Of a stretch of DNA of 64,000 nt, positions 1 through 14,252 are shown in pieces. The translations under genes were made by a program, and so were the position numbers. Numbering within the stretch: the first letter of the stretch is position 1; each line of letters begins with the position of its first letter. This stretch comes from the human T2T-CHM13v2.0 reference genome, Homo sapiens. A model generated the notes under the pieces. It ran no database searches. It was not told where the DNA came from and was given only the letters and a program-made list of their open reading frames with translations. Location: NCBI RefSeq assembly GCF_009914755.1, contig NC_060927.1; one strand, 5' to 3'.

Positions 1-395
1 TTTGTGGGATCTAAAAACCAAAACAATTGAACTTACGGAAATAGTGAATAGGATTGTTCCAGGGGCAGGGAATCATAGTAAAGGGCTGGAGGGGAAGTGG
101 GGATGGTTAATGGGTACCAAAAAAATAGAAAGAATGAATAAGACCTGCTGTTTGATACCACAATAGGGTTACTGTAGTCAATAATAACTTAATTGTACAT
201 TTTAAAATAACTTAAAGAGTGTAATTGGATTGTTTGTAACTCATAGGATAAATGCTTGAGAAGATACATACCCCATTCTCCACTGTGTGCTTATTTCACA
301 TTGCATGTTTGTATCAAAACATCTCATATAACCCATAAATATATATACCTACTGTATACCCACAAAATTTTTAAAATAATTTAACAAAAAAATGA
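1..395 (+). mobile_element. L1MA-type LINE-1 3' UTR fragment
   Basis: Typical L1MA 3' end (aagaatgaataagacc...aataacttaattgtacatttt...cccataaatatatatacctact) followed by an A-rich tail. Confidence 0.8.
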
Positions 396-1806
396 GAAAA
401 CAATCATTGCTTACTATGTTTGATCTTTGAGGGTTTTTAAAAGACATAATAATCATGGCTGCTGTTTTATTTGTTAAGTAGGCTTTTATGAACCTGTCAG
501 GAAAGTTAACAACATCATATAACCTTACAATTATGAGAGAGCAAATTCAAACAACTAACATGCAAATAAACTTTTGGATCGCATCCCAAAAAAACTTGGA
601 GTCTGTCTGTATTTCTCAAATTAATTAGTTGAAGAGTTGTAATCAAATGACTGTGGAGACCAAATTACTTAGAACATGTTAAATCATGTCATAGTTAACG
701 TCTCCTCTTTGATGAGTCTCTGCCATTTTAAATAATTCCAATGAGTCACTTATTCTAAAAGTTGAGTATGTATCATTTGCATTGCATATTACTTATTCTC
801 ACAAAGGTGTTTTCCCTTTCCAGTCCCTTTTATAATATTCCCAGTGCAACCACCTCTCTTCTTGCACTTCAAGGTTTGGTTTTGTAAATAAACTATATAA
901 GGAATAAAATACTGAATGATGATGTACCCAAGAGTTAATGATTTTTCATTCTGAGATGTTAGTTATATCACTTTCTGAACTTAACTCTATTTAGAATTTT
1001 GTTTCCAAATTAAAAACAAGCTGGTCATTTTCTAAATATTCTGCAGCTTCTGACATCAATTCCTTAGTGAGTTTTGATTTCTTGATGATTCTCAGTACCA
1101 TGTTCACTGGATATTTGTCTGAGATTTTGATTATGTATCTCCCTGAAATCTTCATTTTCCAAACTAACTTTCTTAAGTACTATAGCTCCTTCCCTAATGA
1201 CCTCCTCCAGATCTTATCCCTTTTTAGAAACTTTCCCAGGTTTTATGGAAAGAAATTACTGATGCATTTCACTCACTTTTAGTATAAGAACCACTAATAC
1301 ATACCTCCTGAAGTCACATAATTACTGATTTCCAAGCTTGTTTCTTGCAAGTTGTGGCCTATTCTGGTTTGGAGCAAATATTTTGCGTGTTTTTGTTGAT
1401 AATTATAGAAACTATAGCAGTAGAAATTGCTTTGAACGTGGAGCAATCAGCATAGCCACAAGCATAGCTTGCTGCTAAAAGATTTAAATCAGTAGTTTAC
1501 ATTTGCAGGTCACAGTTTTCACAAAAGTTCTTCAAATCATACATCCAAATCATTCAGTAGCCTGGCTATGTAAGTTTTCAAAGGATATGTGTAACTGTTG
1601 TTCAAAAATATGCAAGTGATGCTGTGAATAATAATTTTATATGTCACTAAAATATAGTAGCTTTGTCATTAGCATATTTCCTGTCTGTAAGTAATAGAAA
1701 TAGAAAGGTGGTTATATAGGATTTTGTTGTATTTTTATGTAATCCTACTTTTGAAAAATAATCTCTCTCTAATCTGTATCTACAGAAGATAGATAATAGA
1801 AAGATA

Positions 1807-2135
1807 TAGTCATGCATCTTTTAATGGTGGAGATACCATCTGAGAAATGCATTGTTAGATGTTTTGTCTTGTGTGAGCATCAGAGAGTGTACTTACACAA
1901 ACCTAGACAGTATAGCCTACTACACACTTAGGCTATACGGTATAACCTATTGCTCCTAGGCTACAAACTTGTACAGCATGTTACTGTACTGGATACTGTA
2001 GGCAATTGTAACATGAGCTAAACATTTGTGTATCTAAATATGTGTAAACATGGAAAAGGTACAGTGAAAATACAGTATTTTAATCTCACCGGAACACCAT
2101 TGTATATGTGGTCCATTATTGTTATGTGATGCGTT
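1807..2135 (-). mobile_element. Tigger3a/MER7A-like DNA transposon relic
   Basis: agtcatgc terminus; gagtgtacttacacaaacctag...tatagcctactacacac...gctcctaggctacaaac...gtacagcatgttactgtactg matches the family as I recall it. Confidence 0.8.
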
Positions 2136-2323
2136 TATATACACCTACATGTGAATCTGGAAGGATGTACATCAAAATTGAATAGTAATAATCCCCAGCT
2201 GATTGTAATAAAGAATGATTTTTATTTTCCTTCTCACAGTTTTTTTATTTTCTAAACTTTTATGATGATCATATATTGCTTCTACAACTCCCATCCACCA
2301 AAAAACTATATCTATAGTGTACG

Positions 2324-2356
2324 TATATATATATATATATACACACACACATATAT
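2324..2356. repeat. (TA)n(CA)n microsatellite
   Basis: Directly visible. Confidence 0.9.
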
Positions 2357-4183
2357 TTGTGTATGTATATCTCCAGAAAAAGTATTTTCAAAAAGCAAAA
2401 GTTTATCATGTCCTGACCTTCAAGAAACCTTTAAAACTACTGATTTACTTAAGAACACAAAATAAGGTCTTAGTTTCCCTAGTGTGTGCCAAGTATTTGA
2501 GCTTTGATATTTTTGTGAGTTTTTAGTCACTGTGAACATGTGAAGCTTTCTAAAAGCTATGTAACTGCTGGTAGTTGGCTTTTGGGAAGAACAGATACAT
2601 TAAGGTCCAATTTCTAAATGTTTTATTATAAAACAGTACCTTGAAAAGCTCTTCAGTATGATTATCGAGGGCTCAGTCTGTAGTGACCACATGGGTATCT
2701 ATACTTGCCATCAACTGTCAGAACTAGTCTTCAATGTCAAAAAGAGTTATTTCTATTGATACAGACCACTACCTCCAAAAACCAGAGATTAAATTCTTCC
2801 TAAGAAATACCACTTCTCTTATTGATGATTAACAGTTCCACAAACTGTGGATTCCACATTTTCAAATACGTATCTCATCATAACTACAAAGAAAAAGCAA
2901 ATAAATGAAGCCAATGTATCATTTTATGAGACCTCCCAACACTAATTGCTCCATTGTTCCCTGGCGCCCTTGTTATAAAAGTGGCTGCAACTATCTCATT
3001 TGCTGAGGCCACCACTGATGGCTGTTGCATTACCTTCTCCATGGCTAGACATAGCCAGTACCCAGCAACTTCCCTCTTGGGACTTTTTTCTGACCTGCCC
3101 CCCATTTAGAAACATATTCTTCTCTTGTACTGGTTTCATGCTGTTGAAGGAAAACATATCCTTTTTTTGTTTCACTATAGAAATAATAAACATAGCCCTC
3201 ATCCACTTGGCAGAAACAAAAAAATGTTTACCTAACTATATAAAATGCCTCTGCTCAGGAATTTGAAATGTTCTTACAGAAAAGGGTGTTTCTCACAAAA
3301 AAAGTTTTTTGTTTATGTAATCCATTTGCTAGGACATGAAGACTCTTGGAACTTACAATATCATTTGATTAAAATTGTAATGAATGTCCCAGGTAAGAAG
3401 TATTATATCTTTAAATAATTTCACATTTATAAAAAAATAGAAAGAAAATGGAGTGTTGATCAGAAAATTTTAATTTAAAAAGTTATTAAAAGATGTTAAA
3501 TAGATTAAAAATGGAAGACTATTTTTAAAGAATTCTATTTTATATTATTTATCCAAGAAGATTAGAAAGACTATTATTTGTATTTTATAATTCACTAGTT
3601 ACATTAAACAATTTTTTTTTCAGTACCTAATATGCCAAAGAACTGAGTTGAGACAACAACAAAATGAAGCATACTTTCCTCCTTTGGAGCAGAGAGTAGA
3701 TAGTATATTTTCCTGATTCTAAGACTTTGTGTTCCTGTTTGAACATGTCTCAAACCAGGATTGGTCTTTTAGTTAATGAATACATTTGAAAGAGTATTAT
3801 TAATCATTCATGCATCTTACATTTGACTCCAGTCTTCTACTGTCCCTGATGATCTAGAAGCAGAAATCAGAAAGCCAATGCCACTTCATGCTATGGGGAT
3901 GTTCCAAATCCTATCAGGGACAAAAGAATGGGTGAGCTAGGTCTTGAGAGAATCCTGCTCTGCATGAGTTATTTCTATGGCTGCTGCATTCTAAATGACT
4001 AAGCATTTCTGACCCTGAAGAACCTGGCATGTGTCCTTATGACCCCACGTGAGAGGATTATAGAGAAAGGCATTAATTTGACTGGGATATCAGGAAAGAT
4101 TTAAAGATACTGGAGCTGTCAGATTATTTTTATAAAAGCATTGTTTTGCTTCCATTATTTCTTTGTTCAAAAAATATCAAATA

Positions 4184-4356
4184 TCCAGCCTGAGCAACAT
4201 AGTGAGACCCCTATCTCAACAAATAAATAAACAAATAAATAAATAAGCCTGGCATGATGTTGCATGCTTGTAGTCCCAGCTACTTGGGAGGCAGAGGCAA
4301 GAGGATTGCTTGAGCCTGAGAGGTTGAGGCTACAGTGAGCAATGATCATGCCACTG
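4184..4356 (+). mobile_element. Truncated AluJ-like SINE
   Basis: ccagcctgagcaacatagtgagacc, A-rich linker, gtagtcccagctacttgggagg...gaggttgaggctacagtgagc. Confidence 0.85.
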
Positions 4357-4590
4357 AGAACTGAATTTTTAATTATATTTAATTTTAATCAATTAAATTT
4401 AAATTTAAAAAGGGAAACTGATTTTCTATATTGCTGCATATTTGAATGATAACATTGTTTATATATTGGGTTAAATAAAATATTTTATTAAAATTTATTT
4501 CACCTCTTTCTCTTTAAGGTAGAGACTACAATATTTTTAATGATACATATGGTTTGCATTATGTTTTTCTTAGACAATGCTAGTCTAAGG
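4357..4590. mobile_element. MER33/MER3-like hAT-Charlie relic
   Basis: atattgggttaaataaaata...tttcacc...tagacaatgct resembles the copy at 39715-40038. Confidence 0.5.
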
Positions 4591-4664
4591 ACAATAAAAA
4601 AGCCTGCTTTTCTTGACATTCTACACTTCAAATAAAACATTCCCTTTCCTCCAGATTTCCTCCC

Positions 4665-5235
4665 TGTTATAAAAGACTTTTGGTTGCAAGTGACAGAAGT
4701 TTAATTCAAACTGGTTATAGAAAAAAGAAAGAATTTATTGGCTTAGTTAATGAAAACAAGCTGAAGAGGGATTCAGGCATAGTTGGAGTCACAGACTCTG
4801 ATGATGTCATCAGAACCCTCTTCCTCTTCTCACTTTCCCTCAGGTCTGCTTTCCTCTCTGTTGGCTTCATTCTTTTACTGGTTTTCTCCTCACAGTAGTC
4901 CCCAGTTTTAGGCTTATATAATTCTTACAGCTAGCCAATCCCAGCAAAAGCAGAACTTAAAATTTCCATAAGTAAGTCTTATTGGCTGGCTTGAATTACA
5001 CGCTCCTCTTTGAACCAATCACTGTGTCAAAGGAAAACAATTAAACTTATTTCCCAGACATTGGTCATATGCTTACACCAATGTTGGTGTAGGAGGAAAT
5101 TGATGCCACTCACCTCACATGCAGTGATACCAAAGAAGGGCCTGTTCCTCAGAGGAAAATCGTGACAACTTGTCACCAGAAGAAAGAGAATCATTAATGG
5201 GTAGGAAAAAACACAGACACCCAAAAAAGCTGATT
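4665..5235. mobile_element. Old MaLR LTR (MLT1-like)
   Basis: ttggttgcaagtgacagaa...tcaaactgg...gaatttattggct...ctgctttcctct...tggcttcattct pattern. Confidence 0.55.
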
Positions 5236-5284
5236 GTTCACACTAGAAGTTTTTTCTTCTTCTTCTTCGGAAGACATATAAGAC

Positions 5285-5504
<220 letters not shown>

Positions 5505-5889
5505 GACACTGTTCCTTACAACACCCTCCATTTTCTGAAGCCCCTTTCTCTCTGGCTTCATCTGTTGTGCTCCTTCACCACCCCATTCCCAACCCTTCCA
5601 GTTTATGCCTCCCAAATAGGATACTACATGTAGCTCCGTGAATATGATTCTGTTTCTCTGACTTTCATGCCTTTTCCAATTTGTCCCCTCCCCTTTCAAA
5701 CACCCATGAAGTCCTACTCATCCTCAAGTGTCAATTCAATCATTACACTTTCTGAGCCAATTCTTGATTTGGCTAGCCTAGGACATGTTCTGTAACTCTC
5801 CTTTGCGTTTCCCCTGAAACGGTACACCTTCTAGCAGATCAGTTTCCAATTCAAGTGTATAATTTAATTGTATGACGGGACTAATGTAT

Positions 5890-6028
5890 ATTTTTTTTAA
5901 CCTTGCTTTTCCCCCTTTAGAACCTTGCTTTCTTGCTCAGGCTGGACCTGAACTCCTGGGTTCAAGTGATCCCCCTGCTTCAGCTTCCCGAGTAGCTAGG
6001 ACTACAGGTACACACCACTGTGCCCAGC
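5890..6028 (-). mobile_element. Alu monomer (FLAM-like)
   Basis: caggctgg...gaactcctgggttcaagtgatcc...accactgtgcccagc; ctaatgta on both flanks as a possible TSD. Confidence 0.8.
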
Positions 6029-6699
6029 GAGGGCTAATGTAAATCTTGAGCAATGTCTGCTTGAAGTGGTATATTTTAAATGATCGATTTCATATAGTTT
6101 AATGAAGGGAGTATTTAGAGGTGTTGCCATGATTAGTAGTAAATGAGGTATGGCAGAGATGAGCAATGGTGGAAATTGCTAATTGGATTACCACCCCTAG
6201 ACCTGAAAGGCAAGGAAGAATCATGATATTGGAACCTAGTAATAGCTAATAGCTGAGACTGAGAAAGACAGAGAGTAGCTGTGGCTGTAGGTGGAGGGAT
6301 ACAGACACTTCCAAAACCATGCCCTGGCAGCATAAAGGAGATACAAATAAGCACTCCAAATTCTCTCTTCTCTATATCATGCTGATCCATCCATTAGCCA
6401 AAGTTAGCTGGAATTTATTTGTATTCCCAGTCCCTATCATAACTCCCTACATATAGCAGATACAAAGTATTGAATGAATGACTCTCCATAAATCTCCTAT
6501 ATTCCTAGTTTTTTAAAGTTCATTTTTCTTAGTAAACACAATCAATGTAATATAAATGTACAACTAGATGTGATTTGTTAACCTTTGCTATGTTTTCAAA
6601 TAAATATATTCAAAAATTAGAAGAATATTTTTGTCCAACTATTCATTCACAAATTAGGTTTGAAAATGCTCATCACCATCGTTCTCAGGAAACACGGTC

Positions 6700-6810
6700 T
6701 TCTTGGCCCTGTACCTATGATATTCAATTAATCCTCACAGTACCCCAGTGGAGTTAGTATTATCATCCACTTTTATATGTAAGGAAACTAAGGGTCAGAG
6801 ATACTTGAAA
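6700..6810 (-). mobile_element. MIR fragment
   Basis: ttaatcctcaca...tattatcatcc...aaggaaactaagggtcagaga core. Confidence 0.65.
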
Positions 6811-7879
6811 ATAATCAGACTATGCTATCCTCTTCAATTCTTTAACTGCATGTTAAAGAATTTAAATATTTAAATTTATGTTAAGATAAATATAAATATA
6901 AATGTTAACATAAATATTTATTTATTTATGTTAAAGAATGTTAAAATATTTAAGCCATTCTCTTAATAAGTAAAAAACAAAATCAGTGAACCAGAAATAT
7001 TTCTGTCACCACTGAGCTATGAAAAGAGCAGTTGAAATATTGCTACTTCAGTAGTTTTAAAGTGGCCATGAAAATATACCTTGAGAAAGAAATAGTGGTT
7101 AAAACCATAAATATATTTATTTTATTTTACTTGAAATCTGTTTCCAGGGACATATGCACAGATGCTTATTTTCTTCTATGTGATAGGCGCATAATAGCAA
7201 AATTTACAAAAAAAGAAGAAAAAGAAGAAGAAAGCCGATTTAGGATTAAAATGGTAAATGCAAATGAAAATAATGGGAAATACGAAAACTTTAATATTTT
7301 TCTAATCTGCATGGTTTTTGAAATTTCTTTGGAAGGGTATTTTGAAAGTTCTAAATGCAAAATGTGATTATTACTATATTGTTACCTTTATCAAAATATC
7401 CTTTCATAAGAAAATAGTGCCCGAATTGTATTTAAAAAGAAGGTATTTTTGTGTATTAGATATATTAATCATAAACTATTTTTAATGCAATATATGATGT
7501 AACATGTTCATATATATTATAAACTCCTAACACATGTTTAAATGTATTTTTTCTTGCAATTATGTACTGCTTGGCACATAGAAGAAACTAACAATGTGTT
7601 GACTGAGTTTATTCCAAATGCTAGTAATAACTCAATAGCAATAAGCACTACTAAGGTTTAGATGGTGATCTCAAAAATCCCTGTCTACCAAAAGCAACGA
7701 AGGTTCTTTAGAGAAATGGGTGATTTCAGTTCTGGGGCAAGAAATACACAAAATGAACCTGGCTATCTTGTGCCAGAAATCAAAGACATTATCAGAGAAT
7801 ATTAGGGTCATCTCAAGAGGTTACCATAGCCAGCATGAAAAGCCCTAAAATGGAGGATGGGGAGAATGGACCATCACCA

Positions 7880-8750
7880 AAAAAGAAAAATTATTGCAAT
7901 GCATTCAAACAGAATGTACTTATAATCCTACATATCAATAAAAAGCTGACAATTATGCAATAAAGAAATGTTTGGTCCTGGTAGTAGGTGATCAGGTAAA
8001 AAAAATAATAATGAGATAAAATAAAAAGAAAAGTTTGGAATGAATTAACAGGTAGTTCACAAAACTGGAATTGTAAAGGAGGATACAACATTAATATGTG
8101 TTCAATATCCACAGTAATCAGGGAAAAGCAAAATAAAAATATTAAGACTCCATTTTCTTGTCCATCAGATTGGCAAATCTTTAAAAGTTTAATTAAAGCA
8201 AATACTGGCAATCGCATAAAAAAACAGGAAATGTTGGAGATTAAACCTTTTTTGACTGGGCCATTTGGCAGTGACAATTAACATTTTAAATGTATATGCC
8301 TTCTGACCTAACAATTCTACTTTCCTGTATCTACCTCACATAAAGACTTGTACTACTTTTAGAGAGATATTTAAAATGCTCAACTGATCACATTATTTTT
8401 AGCTGTGAAGAGTAACACAAATTCAATCAGTGAGGGAATTAGATATATATGAATCAGTTCAAAAGTATGTCTTGGGATACCTTCAAGCCATATTAAGCTT
8501 TTTAAAAGTCCCAGTGAAGAACATACAGTGTGATGTTATTTACATTAAAACCCCACAAAATTATTTAACTCCTTATGTGTCTTACAGGTAATTATACAGG
8601 AAATAGTTAAGCAAGTATACACATCAAACTGATAGTATTACTTATTTCTAGGGAGAAGAATCATGTTAGAGGGAATTAAAATGGACTTTTGCTTTAACTG
8701 TATTTTTAATACTATAAACATAAGAAAGTGTTTAAGTAGTCTTTGTTTTA
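7880..8750 (+). mobile_element. Degenerate old L1 (L1ME-like) ORF2 end/3' UTR
   Basis: gtaatcagggaaaagcaaaataaaa...ccatcagattggcaaa...ctaacaattctacttt motifs. Confidence 0.55.
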
Positions 8751-8949
8751 TACTTCCAGTAACCGTATTAGGTGGTCATTTAAGGCCCCATTTACAGGTG
8801 AGGAAATAGGGCTCAAAAATGTTGCCTGACCTGCTGAAGTTTAAACAATAGTAGAATTGAAAAATTAATTGAGGCTTATCTTAGGGCCTCTATGCAGACT
8901 CTTTTCTGTACATTGCAAGTAGAAATGATTTTATATTTTGCATTGGTGA

Positions 8950-10140
8950 AAACTTTTCTAGGGAGATAACTGGGTTGGAAACAGAGATTTGGGAGCAATC
9001 AGTATTTGCCAGTTAAAACCATGCAAGGATAGTGAGATTGTCGGGTAAGGAGAGCAAGCCCAGGACAGAATCCTGAGAAGTGGCAACATTTACTAGAGGA
9101 GCAGAGTTTAAAGACTCATAAATAAATCAGAGAAGTTGCCACATAATCAGAAGGTGAGAGTGAAGTCAAGAGCTGAAAGACAGATAACATTTCCTGGAGG
9201 AGGAAGTGGTCAACATTGGCATGTGCTGAAAACAGGTCAAGTAAGAGGGCTTTTGGATTTTGGATTTGGTAACAGGGAGATCACTGGTGATTTTGGCAAG
9301 AGTCTTGATAAATAGGAGGAAGCAGAAACCCATGCAGGAGGAAGAAATGTGAGAAAGATAGGTGGACTTAGTATGGTGGGTCCTCAAAAAGTATAAAATT
9401 ACAGTATGATTCAATTCCACTTCTGGGTGTATATACAAAAAAAATGAAAGCAAAGATTCAAACAGATATTTGCACACCCATGTTTATAGCAGCATTATTC
9501 TCAATAGCCAAAGATAGCAACAACTCAAGTGTCCATCATCTGATAAATAGGAAACAAATGTGGTATATACATACAATAGAATATTATTCAGCTTTAAGAA
9601 GGAAGGAAATTCTGACACATGCTGCAACTTTGATGAACCTAAGTGAAATAAGCCAGACACAAATGGACAAATGTCATATGGTTCCATTCATATGAAGTAC
9701 CTAGAGTAATCACATTCATAGAGATAGAAAGTAGAATGGTGGTTGCCAGGTTGAGGGCAGGAAGGAACGTTCAGTTATTGTTTAATAGGTACAGAGTTTC
9801 AGTCTAGAAGAATGAGAAAGTTCTGGAGATAGATGGTGGTGATGGTTGCCTAACAGTGTGAATGTACTTAATGCCTCTGAACTGTACATTTAAAAATGGT
9901 TCAAATGGTAAATTTTGTTAAATATATTCTACCATACACACATACAAAAAAGATATAAGGGCTCAAGTCAATGTGGGCAACTTTCTCAAAAAGTTCTGAT
10001 GAAGAAAAAGAAAGTAATATGACAAGTCAGTCAGAGGAGGAATTTTTAATAGGGAAGAAACTTGAGCATATTTATCAGCCTGGAAGGGATCATTAGAGAA
10101 GAAGAGAAGTAGAGATATACATCCACTATTCAGGCAAAAG
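8950..10140 (-). mobile_element. L2 fragment interrupted by an L1MB insertion
   Basis: gagatttgggag...ggtcaagtaag...tggatttggtaaca...tcactggtga pattern; purine-rich L2-like sequence resumes after ~9955. Confidence 0.55.
9380..9955 (+). mobile_element. L1MB (L1MB3-like) ORF2 end plus 3' UTR
   Basis: ORF 9444-9695 resembles the L1 ORF2 C-terminus (CTPMFIAALFSIAK...MWYIHTIEYYSA); 3' UTR gaaagttctggagat...gaactgtacatttaaaaatgg. Confidence 0.88.
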
Positions 10141-10551
10141 GTACACAAATATTGAGGAAATACATTAAAATTACAGCAGACATTGAGGACTATGCTTCCA
10201 GAGTGTGACTGGGTCTTTGGGGACTGATAAGCCTAGTGTTTTATATAATGATACCCAAATACAATAATATTTAAAATTTGTCTAAACACATAGAATCTAA
10301 GCAATTTTAATCACATTGACAACTTCTCTGTAGGGATTTCCTTATAAGTAGTTCACAAAGGAATTCAAATAAAATTTGATATCAATGACATACTGGGGTT
10401 TTGTTCGTTTATTTGTTTTTGTTTTTTGTGCGTTTTATGGAGGGGACAGCTTTCTGCATTTGGTTTATTTAACTTCCTGCAAACTCACATTAAGTATGAG
10501 TTTAGGTGAAATGGAAAATATTTCAGCTTCTAATCATCTCCTAATTACTCT

Positions 10552-10878
<327 letters not shown>

Positions 10879-11677
10879 TAAGGTTAAATAAAAAGCAAAG
10901 AGTGTGGTGCAGTGACAGCATGATAGCTTCTAAAGTCCAGAAAGTGGTTCTTGCAACATGTGGAGGTTTGCATAATTACTGTATTGCTCTTGCAATCCAT
11001 CTCCTTCTTCCCCAATGAGCAAGGGAGGTTGGGAGCAACTGCCACACATAAAAAATGAAGCTACACATTGGCTTCTATTATCTGGCAACCTAAACCCATG
11101 ATAAATATATTTGTATATATCCTTTTATTTGAATTTGGCAGTAGTACTTGCTTTGATCAACTTTTTTATGTCTTTTTTCAACCATTGTCCCTACTGTCCT
11201 TTAAATATTCTCATTTACTACTCCAACCTGTAAGAAACTTAGCCAGCTAAATGTTCAGTTTTGCAGGATCTGCACCTCTGCACCTGTTTTTTACTCTTGT
11301 GGCTGAAGTAGTGAAAGACCATAGTTCATGTGTAAGTAACAGTTTCAGTTTTGCAGTGCTTTATCTATATGTAACAGGCAACTATTCATGAGAAAGGAAG
11401 TTTGAGACTTGTAGGTAAAAAACCGCTACCCAAATTCCAGGAAAATGTCTGTTTACTGGAGGTTTTTTTTTTTTCTTCCTTTAATAAGATGCCTGTAGTC
11501 AGATTAGCATTTGTGTCATACTTCAAAGACTTTAAATTAATTAGACTTGTAAAAGCAAGTTAATTCCCATATATCAGCTGGACAGTTTTCTTCTGCATAG
11601 AGCAATGTTTTCTGTGATCATTGAGCCACACAGGAGATGCTTCCTTATGTAAACGAGCACTACTTAATCAAGTATAG

Positions 11678-12058
<381 letters not shown>

Positions 12059-12201
12059 TAAGTGTACAGGCACCAATTATAGCCTGTTGCTGTGATTTCA
12101 AGTGTAAGCTTTATGAATAATTTTCCATGCCCCATAAAATGGATAAAGCATAATGACTGTTATTTCATAACTTCCTCTTTTGGTGGACTATCCTTTTGCA
12201 G

Positions 12202-12319
12202 AGGAAAAAAAATAATGTAACTAGAGAAGAGAGTTGAGCAGAGAACTGAGCTCTTTGAAGTGCTGGTAGTTTGTCTCAACCCATGAAGCAGCTTAACAAG
12301 CAACTATTAAAGCATAGAG
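12202..12319 (+). other. MBNL1: Candidate upstream non-coding 5' leader exon (118 nt)
   Basis: Acceptor tccttttgcAG (12200-12201) and strong donor GAG|GTAAGA (12320), in unique sequence. MBNL1 is known to use several alternative upstream promoters; assigning this exon to MBNL1 is inference. Confidence 0.55.
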
Positions 12320-13817
12320 GTAAGAACAATTATTTGCTATTTTTCATTTTATTATTTGGATTGCTATTTATATAGCAACAATTTAAATGCTGGCCACATT
12401 ACAGTGTAGATTAGATAAACCTGATAACTCTTTCAAGTAAGTAACCGACATTTTAAATAAAAAGTTTAATACATTTACAAAGCTTCAGCTTCACATACAA
12501 GCTTTTAAAAACCTGGAAAAATTTAAAGTTTTCATTGATCTCCAAATTATTTTACCTGCAAAATAAAACGTTATCTTTCTTGTGTATTTGTAATTTTGCA
12601 CACAATTTAGTGCTGAAGAGGCATTTGGATTATTAACAAATTTGATAACTTTTCTTCTTTCCCAGCTCTAGATTATTTCTAATATTCTCTCACAGATATA
12701 CTTTTGTTCATTTTGCATATTATTAGTTGAGCACTTTCCAGAAAAAAAAGCATTCTTACATTTGTTTTTACCCACCGTGAAAATATATTGTATCATTTAA
12801 AATATGACATTTCAGTATTATTTTTATATCATCACTTTATGATGATATTTGTTTAGAAAAATTAATTTGTAGTGTAGACAGCATGACTTAAAATTTTAAA
12901 TGAAATATGCAAATCTAATTTTTAAAATGTATTGTTTTCTAAATAAGTTTAATTTGTATTTATAATGCTTAAAATATAGTAAGAATGAAAACAAAGTAAG
13001 ACATTTGGTTTGATAATTGGAAATCAAACTAAACTGAAACTGATCTTATTAGTGAAATTCTAAAATAATCTAGATCCTAGAAACTTTTATTCAAATTTGC
13101 ACTAATCCAGAATAATACCTACACATATTAACTGTATTTAATACAATTGTATTCATAATATAGCAATTTTTAAATCTTCCTTTTAAAAGCTGTTGGTTTC
13201 TTTATACTTTGGTAAAAACATTAAGGAGTGTTTAATACAGCTTTGAGAAGAAAAATCTGTTTAAGTGAACTACTCTGGCTATATATACATATGGAGGTTT
13301 GAAGAGTTTGCCTCTGAGCATTTTCATAATTGAATCCTTTTGAGAAAGTTTCATACATCACACATTTACCGTGTGAGATTTGGTAAGTATAAATATCCCA
13401 AGATGTATTTGAAGCTTTCTTAATTTGGTTTGAAAAAATTAGACTAATCTCATGGCTTCCAAAAAAGAAAGTCCACACTATCCCATCAATTAATAGATTT
13501 AATTTTTGATAAATTTTGGTAAATGGTGCTGTTATTACTGGTTCTAGTATGTTACCTAGTACCTAGTTGGTTTTTTGTTGGTTTGTTTTACGTATTTTCA
13601 TGCACTACACCAATAAGTTGCACCAATAGTTGCTGTCTTCTTATTATAGGGAGAAGGAAAGCAGAGTGTTACTGTTACAAACTCAGATGTGAATTGTTGA
13701 ATCAAATTTGACATACTTAACTCGATGAAAATTTTAAAATTAAGTTGATGGTTGTTAGAAATCCGTTACAATTGTGCTTCTTCATCTTTATCACACACTA
13801 ATTAAACACAACTGCTT

Positions 13818-13993
13818 GTCAGGTCTAGGGGCTCAAGCCTGTAGTCCCAGCTACTTTGGAGGCTGAGGCAAGAGAATGGCTTAAGTCAGAAGATCAAGGC
13901 TGCAGTGAGCTGTGATTGCACCACTACACTCCAGCCTAAGTGACAGAGCCAGATTCTGTCTCTAAAAATATAAAAATAAAGAAACCTTAAAAA
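13818..13993 (+). mobile_element. Alu monomer (FRAM-like)
   Basis: Right-arm sequence plus A-rich tail; TSD taaacacaactgctt (13803-13817) / taaacacaactactt (13994-14008). Confidence 0.9.
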
Positions 13994-14230
13994 TAAACAC
14001 AACTACTTCCATCAGAAGTTCAAATGTCCACAATTTTAACTATGAGATATTTTGATATCATGAGCTATTAAGTGTTATATGTAGTATGGTAATATACTAA
14101 ATAATGGCTAACAATCACAAGGAAACATAGCCCAAGGAGATTACAATATAAATTGGTCATAAGTGTAATTCAGAACAGCAAATGAAGGCTAAAGCAGCAG
14201 AGAAGATACTATCTTTCTGGCAAGACAGAT

Positions 14231-14252
14231 TTGTTGTTGTTGTTGTTGTTGT
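14231..14252. repeat. (TTG)n short microsatellite
   Basis: Directly visible. Confidence 0.85.

Noticed and set aside
7032-8281. 111-128 aa ORFs in AT-rich DNA
   Set aside because: Phe/Ile/Leu/Lys-biased, no domains, partly within degenerate L1, no exon structure
12132-12142. CArG box CCATAAAATGG
   Set aside because: Seven A/T bases between CC and GG; does not fit the consensus
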